Source of the DNA: Eledone cirrhosa
Lineage: Eukaryota
Assembly (NCBI GenBank): GCA_964016885.1
Contig: OZ024760.1
Span: 14,074,001 to 14,138,000, forward strand
Length of the DNA stretch: 64,000 nucleotides
Reading direction: 5' to 3'
Shown: one piece after another, positions 57,661 to 64,000 of the stretch
Position numbering within the stretch: position 1 is the first letter of the stretch
How the letters are laid out: every line of letters begins with the position of its first letter
The notes under the pieces: model-generated
What the model was told of the DNA's origin: nothing
What the model saw: only the letters and a program-made list of their open reading frames with translations
The model's database searches: none
Program-made: the position numbers and the translations under genes

Positions 57661-58427
57661 TAAACACCTGCCCCCTTCATGAAGAGTTTAAAGTTTAAAA
57701 TCTGTCATGAAGCCTGCAAGGCTAAACTCAGCTTTATCAGGGTAAACTGATCTTAAAATGCTTGTTATTGTATAGGTCTTCTTGATAGGTTTATAATAGT
57801 TACGCCATATACATGCATGTCATTAGAGGTGACTAAAAAAGGGGTTGACACCAAAAAGGTCCACACCTGTAAAACGTGGCCTGTAAAGGAACTCTATTTC
57901 ACAGGGCCTACATGGATAGCTAACCCTTGCTTTAACAAGGGAAAATAACCTCAAAATGTTTACTGCTGTGGTATTTTATCATATATATATATATATATAC
58001 TGTAGTAAAAGTTTGGTAGAAATATCCAAGAGTAAGAGCACTCAGTCCATAGGACAAGTTAAGTATAATTAGTGCATAACCTAATGAAACTTAGTACCTG
58101 TATATGTCAGGGTTCTTATATATTTGATATATATTTATCCTTATCAAGCCCTCTTTGGATTTTAGTCTTCAAATTTATTATTATTATTATATATATATAT
58201 TTGAAATATTGAAATTGGTATAAATAATAACTTTAGAGAATCAGACTGTTTCTCTAGTGTGTGTGCGTGTGTGTGCGTATATGCATCTAAATCTGCTTTT
58301 GATTACACCTTCCGTCACTTAAATGTAATAACGCTTGGCATCATGTTTTTTTATATCATATGCGTCTAATCTGTATTATGATGTCACTTTTTGCATGTTT
58401 GTATCTGGATGCTTGTAACAACATTTA

Positions 58428-58516
58428 TACTTCTGAAGATATGTAGGACAGCAGACTAATGTCTAATATATATTGAGGTATGGCCGGCTATTGTATACTG
58501 AAACGTTTGTAGAGTA
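58428..58516 (+). ncRNA. Hammerhead motif with an extended stem-loop II, intact core
   Basis: tactt CTGAAGA [about 60 nt: tatgtag...ctattgtata.ct] GAAA c-gttt-g TA gagta. Stem I tactt/gagta. The fragment ends in (TA)n at about 58557. Confidence 0.62.
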
Positions 58517-58551
58517 GAATCATGTTATAAGTCTAAACTGGTTATTCGTTC

Positions 58552-58601
<50 letters not shown>

Positions 58602-58826
58602 TCAATATTATGCCCATACATTTCACTAATAATAAACCATTGTTTTAATGTGCTTTTGTTTCTTGTTTACCACACTAAGCAAGGTTGGGAGAAGTTTATA
58701 TGCAAATGAGGATAATTTGCATATTGTTGAAGAAATGTTTTTTTTTTCTATTAGTCGGTTGTGATGGTGATTTATACATTTCACTTGATGTATTTAAATT
58801 TTTAAATATTTCGGCAGAGAAACATA

Positions 58827-58865
<39 letters not shown>

Positions 58866-59242
58866 TATATAAAATGATCTGTTTAAGCTATGAGGCCCCA
58901 AAATGAAAATATGGAAGAGTAGTGAATAGATGTTATTGCCAGGCTGTGATGCAAGTTAATCCCAAAACCTAGTCTTCAGTGCATCAATGTGACAATGCTA
59001 ATAACATCTTATTAGTAGTAGTCACAACTTAACCTGTGAAGAAATGATGGGAAACCTGTTGTCAAACAGGCAGACTGAGATAGGCGGAGTTATATGCTCT
59101 TGTTCAGAAAGATACAATACAATGGCTTAGAAATAAAATAAAAATAATAATGATAATAAGCATTTGGTGAATCAAGGAAATAGGACAGACTCAGGGATTA
59201 TTATCAAAGGTAAACACGGTATTTTCCGGGCACTATGTATAT

Positions 59243-59428
59243 AATTGTTTCTACTATAGGCACAAGGCCAGCAATTACCCAGTGCATTACTGGTACTTTA
59301 TTTTATCGACCCCGTAAGGATGAAAGGCAAAGTTAACCTCGGCGGGATTTGAACTCAGACTGTAAAGGGACGTAACTATGCTAGAAAGCATGGCGTCCAA
59401 CCCTCTAGCGATACTGCCAATTCACCGC
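59243..59428 (-). mobile_element. SINE-A, near full length, in the putative 3' UTR of the giant-exon gene
   Basis: Complete body and head (...gcgatactgccaattcaccgc). Confidence 0.87.
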
Positions 59429-59537
59429 ACTATGTATATAATGATATATATATATATATATATTATCAGCACATGAACTCTGACATAGCAACCTAATACA
59501 CGCACTGTATTATAACAATATGTATGGATGAACGTCT

Positions 59538-59600
<63 letters not shown>

Positions 59601-59922
59601 CGTATATATTATACATATATTTTATATATACATATTATAGTAATTAGTACACACACTTAGATGAAAAATACGTACACTTAATAATAATCATACTACCAGG
59701 TATGATAGTCAATGGCCTGAAATACTTGGGTCAGTTTACAAGTGGTTGAGAAAATGAATAAAAAAAGGATAAAGAATGGAATTGCCAAAACAGCTTTTAA
59801 ACATTATAAAATTTCCAATTTCTCTGAAACTTTCTCATTTATAACCAACAGGTTGCTGCCAAAAGTGGGTAAGGATTTAAATAAAATATGACAACATTAA
59901 ATTATTGAAGTAATCAAAGAGG

Positions 59923-62900
59923 CTATTTTGATGTGGGGTAATTATTGATGCCCGGTGTCACACTAGTTTCTTCTGCGTAGGGGTTCTGATAGACGGCTGC
60001 AGAAGTAGTGGTGGGGATGGTATTTGTTCGTTGTTCCTTTTGTGAGCCGTCGGAGATTGTGGTGGTGGCGGCGGTGTTATCTGGAGAGAGAGGCGACAGC
60101 TGCTGTGAGCTGTCTGGGGAGCTGACGACTGCCGAGCTGTCTGTTTCCTGGAAGTCGGTGTTGTCTGATGACGATTCGCAGAAGGTCTTGTAACTTTCGT
60201 CTTTCGAGTTGCACCTTCCGCCGAGTTCGAGTGAAGATATCTCTAAATTCAGTTCCACTATTTTCGTATTGGCTATTTCGATGGAGCCGTCTGAGTCAGA
60301 TATTGATTGAGATCCTGAATGGGGCGAATTGCCGGAGGCACATTCGGTCGGGCTACACGTGATGTCGGGGCTAGAACTCGCAGTCACAATAAATTCTGGG
60401 ATTGTAGAAGAGACCAAAGAACACTTATTGTTATATGCAGAACTTTTACTCTGCAAGATTTCATCCTCATCGCTGGATTCCATCTTCGTCATATCGAGGT
60501 TTTCCAGTTCTGCCAAAGGGTCAGTGTTCATAAGCTTCTTTTTGTTTTCGTTATCCGACTCTCCCGAAGAACTTTCACTCGAGCTCTGAGAATGTGGTAG
60601 TGACGTGGACATTCTGTTATTGGAATGGTTCGAGTAGCCATCACTCGTCTCGCTGTCTCTCAAGCAAGATGTCGTGCTTCCATTGAAATCTTCAGAATCT
60701 TCATCGGTATGGAGCTGTTCCAGGGGCTCCAGTAAATCCTGCATGTCCAATGGGTAATCGTCAAGGGGACTGTCGATGAGACTTGAATCATCGGCGTCAT
60801 CAACAACCGAGTGACGTTTTGAAGCTACGTAAAACTCACCGGAATTCTGTTTCTGCTGTTGCTCTTGTTGCGGACTGTCAGAAGACAGAGGGAGGCTTTC
60901 GTCAGTTGAGTGCATCCTCGATGAATCTGAAGTGCTGTCTTCTTCTCGAATTGTAGCCAGGGGTTTTACAGGAGAGACGACCGATTCTTGCTTCACGACA
61001 GGTTTCACATCCGTAGATTTCTTCCTTAAACTGTCACCACCGGAATTGCTTGCAGGAGTTGTCGACCCTTGGCTAGGTGGAGGCTTGAATGTACTAAATG
61101 TTATTTTCCTTTCACTTTGACTCAGTTCATTGTCCTGGCTCAGTAGCAATGCTGCTACTGACGCAGGATCGTCATCACTCAAGTTATTGTTACCAATGTC
61201 TTCAGCGCTGTCTTGCAGCGATGTCAACAACAAGCTCTCGGTTGTGGCAGGCATCCGATGGAAGTTTTTGCCGTCACCTGTATGTAAACTGCTACCACTT
61301 GTTGTTGCTATTGTTGTTGTTGTTGCCTGCTTCTGCTCATTGTATTCCTCAGTGTCGCAGACTGACACCAATCTTGAAACAAATGTACATTCGCTTGAAT
61401 TGGATATCTTACTGGAGTCATTCTTTGTAATATCAATGTTGTTGTTGTTGTTGTTGGCATTTTTGTTATCTTCCTCCTCCTCCTTTTCCTTCTTCACTAT
61501 ATCATCACCATCACCGTCACCCTCGTTGTTGTTATCAATAACAACAGTTCTTTTGATGGAAATCACGTGCGAAGGTTCGGGCAAATTTGCGAACCGTTTG
61601 TTTTTTAAAATGGAACGACTCATAGGGATTGTTTCAGCTTGTTGGTTTGTCAAGTGGCTGACGCCACCTTTCTCTTTGTCCTTGTCACCCCAACTAGCAC
61701 CACCCACACCACCAACCTGGTGGACAGTCGGACTCGTCACTTCGTCGGACTTCTTGCTACCCTCGTCATCAGTTGAACTCGCTGTGTCATCGATGGACGA
61801 GAAGCTGTCCTTAGGTGGAAGTTTCTTGAACGTAACAAACTCACTGCTTTCCATTAACGGAGGAACTGTTGGACTGGATTCTTCCACTGCAACTTTATCA
61901 GTAGCTATATGTTTTGCTGCGCTGTCACTCTCTTGTACAATGGGTGTATCCTTTGCTATGGGTTTGTCTTTTACATTGGGCATGTCCTTTGCTATAGGTG
62001 TGTCTTTTACGATAGGCATGTCTTTTACCAAGGGTGTGTCCTCTACCACGGCAATGTTTTTCCCTGTGGCAGATTCCTTGACTGTTACAATGGAGGACTC
62101 ATCCTTAGGCTGAACAGAGGTGGGTTTTTTCACTCGCTTCTGGATCTGTTGAAGGATTTCCTTCTCTAGTGAGGGGCTTGTCGTGTCATCTATGCAAGAG
62201 TAGCTAGTCTTAGGGGGTAGTTTATGGTAGCTAACTAATTCAAACCTGCGTGGGCTGACAGGGGACCTGTCGTTTGGGGTCCGACATGAAGGGGACCTCC
62301 TGTTCGGAGAGGGGCCTCTAGATGGCCGAGGGATGTGATATTCGTTATTCAAATTCAGCTTGTCGACTGGAAGCCGTGTCTCTCTACTGCTTGTTGTACT
62401 TTCGCTGCAGTGAGTCTCCGTTAAGGCAAACAGTTCTGTTTCATCCCTCAGCTCTTGGTCTATTTTCAAGCGGCGATGTAAAATGTATGGAATGTCCTTG
62501 ATTAAATCACTCCCGTTAATTAAATTTATCGGCTTGTTCAGCTTCTTCATCTTGTCCTTGTCCGAGTTGATCTTGTTTTCTTTCAATAAATCTTCGTTCG
62601 TCACTAAAGAATTGTTGTTGTTGATGGTGTTGTTGTTGTTTGTCGTTAAGTTATCGTCCTGTCCACTGGTATTCTGCGAGACGGTCTGAGAGTGACCGAC
62701 AATGTTGACAGTCGGCCAGTTGTCAACGGTACTGTGATTCATCTGATAGCAGCTGTTGTTATTGATCAAATTATCGGAGATTGTTTTCTCACAAGAATCC
62801 TCATCAATCCCTTCAAACTTTGCGTCGTTTGCAGCATTAACTATACCGGAATCTCGCGAACGGCTCTTGCAATCGTTGTTTTGTAGCGGATCAAAATCCA

Positions 62901-63999
62901 ATGACAATTCTTTGTCGGCTGGTGATTTGTCAAGCTCCTCTCCAGAATCGGTCAGCTTTGGAATTTCCTGGAATTTGTCTTCTTTTGTGGGCGTGAAGCT
63001 CATCTCTGTTGGGTCAAGGATACTGCTGGTTTTCATCTCATCAAGACAAGAAATTCCAGAGTCAGACTTTGGAAGATGCTCTTCTCCTTCTTCATTGACT
63101 TTTGAGATTTCGCTAAGGCTCTTATCACTGAGTGACTTGCTCAAGGGTAGAGCAGGAATGTTTTCGAAGGCAACCAAATCCTCTCCTCCTTCTTCGACCA
63201 CCTCGTCTGTGGTTGGACTTGTGTCTGTCTCAGTAACGAGCTCGCTCGACTCATCAGTTGGAACAGAGAAGTTATTGATGTTGGCATCATCTAGCGCAGA
63301 ATCTCTTCTGGCAGACTCTTCTTCCTTCTTTTCAGCAGATTTGCCCGGCTGTTCTTCAGCCAGGGCTAAAAACAAGTCCCCGTTATTATCCTTACCTCTC
63401 ATAGCCCCCTCATTCGCAATCACACCCACACAAACATCATCACCTTTGCCCCTATCTTCTAGTGACATCTCACCATCATGTGGGTTAGTAATGTTATTGT
63501 TGTTTAGATGATTGTTGTTAGTATTATTACTGTTCTCTATGGTCCAGGAGAGGACTCGTTCCTTGGATTTCTCTAATTTCCCTGCCCCGTTCAACCCTTC
63601 GTCAAACTGAGCAGAGAGTTTCCGTAAAGAATCACAACAGTCAATGTCGGTATGGCTCGCTATCTCCTCCAACGACACATTGTACTCTAACTTGTCAACC
63701 GAGCCTTCGTCATCGCTGTGATTATCGTCATCATTCTCGTCATCACTGTCACTGTCGTCACTGTTACTGTCGTCATCGTCGTCGTCATCATCATCATCAT
63801 CACTGCGGTCGTAATCACCTTCCTCCCCCCCCACATATTTACCCCCAGTTATATTATTATCGCTCTGCACACATTTCACAGGAACACCATCTAAAACATC
63901 ATCATCATCATTATCATTATCATCATCATCATCATCGTGATCACCACTGTCATCATTACCATTTTTGTCAATAAGGCCCCCCAGAAAATGAACGGATTT
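59923..63999 (-). CDS. Giant coding exon (>=1358 codons, 5' end outside the window) of an uncharacterised acidic, Ser/Asp/Glu/Asn-rich, probably intrinsically disordered protein; ends in TAG, so probably a terminal exon
   Basis: 1318-aa ORF in the track (GTG start at 63879). Manual translation upstream stays open to the window edge (KSVHFLGGLIDKNGNDDSGDHDDDD...VLDGVPVKC), so the GTG is not the true start. GC content and sequence complexity are much higher than in the flanks. Stop codon at 59925-59923. Confidence 0.9.
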   Translation of the reverse strand, partial: KSVHFLGGLIDKNGNDDSGDHDDDDDDNDNDDDDVLDGVPVKCVQSDNNITGGKYVGGEEGDYDRSDDDDDDDDDDDSNSDDSDSDDENDDDNHSDDEGSVDKLEYNVSLEEIASHTDIDCCDSLRKLSAQFDEGLNGAGKLEKSKERVLSWTIENSNNTNNNHLNNNNITNPHDGEMSLEDRGKGDDVCVGVIANEGAMRGKDNNGDLFLALAEEQPGKSAEKKEEESARRDSALDDANINNFSVPTDESSELVTETDTSPTTDEVVEEGGEDLVAFENIPALPLSKSLSDKSLSEISKVNEEGEEHLPKSDSGISCLDEMKTSSILDPTEMSFTPTKEDKFQEIPKLTDSGEELDKSPADKELSLDFDPLQNNDCKSRSRDSGIVNAANDAKFEGIDEDSCEKTISDNLINNNSCYQMNHSTVDNWPTVNIVGHSQTVSQNTSGQDDNLTTNNNNTINNNNSLVTNEDLLKENKINSDKDKMKKLNKPINLINGSDLIKDIPYILHRRLKIDQELRDETELFALTETHCSESTTSSRETRLPVDKLNLNNEYHIPRPSRGPSPNRRSPSCRTPNDRSPVSPRRFELVSYHKLPPKTSYSCIDDTTSPSLEKEILQQIQKRVKKPTSVQPKDESSIVTVKESATGKNIAVVEDTPLVKDMPIVKDTPIAKDMPNVKDKPIAKDTPIVQESDSAAKHIATDKVAVEESSPTVPPLMESSEFVTFKKLPPKDSFSSIDDTASSTDDEGSKKSDEVTSPTVHQVGGVGGASWGDKDKEKGGVSHLTNQQAETIPMSRSILKNKRFANLPEPSHVISIKRTVVIDNNNEGDGDGDDIVKKEKEEEEDNKNANNNNNNIDITKNDSSKISNSSECTFVSRLVSVCDTEEYNEQKQATTTTIATTSGSSLHTGDGKNFHRMPATTESLLLTSLQDSAEDIGNNNLSDDDPASVAALLLSQDNELSQSERKITFSTFKPPPSQGSTTPASNSGGDSLRKKSTDVKPVVKQESVVSPVKPLATIREEDSTSDSSRMHSTDESLPLSSDSPQQEQQQKQNSGEFYVASKRHSVVDDADDSSLIDSPLDDYPLDMQDLLEPLEQLHTDEDSEDFNGSTTSCLRDSETSDGYSNHSNNRMSTSLPHSQSSSESSSGESDNENKKKLMNTDPLAELENLDMTKMESSDEDEILQSKSSAYNNKCSLVSSTIPEFIVTASSSPDITCSPTECASGNSPHSGSQSISDSDGSIEIANTKIVELNLEISSLELGGRCNSKDESYKTFCESSSDNTDFQETDSSAVVSSPDSSQQLSPLSPDNTAATTTISDGSQKEQRTNTIPTTTSAAVYQNPYAEETSVTPGINNYPTSK

Positions 64000-64000
64000 G

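Noticed and set aside
61130-63511. Plus-strand ORFs of 327 aa and 251 aa
   Set aside because: Antisense shadows of the Ser/Asp/Glu-rich minus-strand exon, with no independent coding signal.
63877-63879. GTG start codon given by the ORF track
   Set aside because: The frame stays open to 63999, so the real exon boundary lies outside the window.

Overview
AT-rich animal genomic DNA dominated by (TA)n/(CA)n/(GA)n/(ATT)n/(GAT)n microsatellites, minisatellites and short retroelement or MITE fragments. The repeat style suggests a coleoid cephalopod such as Octopus, but that is an inference. The only convincing protein-coding sequence is a >4 kb single-exon ORF on the minus strand (59923 to beyond the window end). 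It encodes a very acidic, Ser-rich, probably disordered protein segment with PP1-docking-like motifs (KSVHF, SILK, RKITF); I do not recognise the gene. Almost all other ORFs in the track are microsatellite or antisense-shadow artefacts. Mobile DNA includes two tRNA-derived SINE families, fossil RTE, R4/Dong-like and Tx1-like LINE pieces, and Tc1/mariner, pogo/Tigger, hAT and piggyBac-like MITEs. Two observations stand out. (1) About ten minimal type-I hammerhead-ribozyme motifs, four with an intact catalytic core, lie in short Penelope-like fragments embedded in (TA)n tracts, several arranged as near-perfect fold-backs. (2) Each SINE family shares its 3' end with a different LINE in this window, and each retroelement class sits in its own microsatellite type. 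Coordinates were read by eye, so repeat boundaries are approximate.
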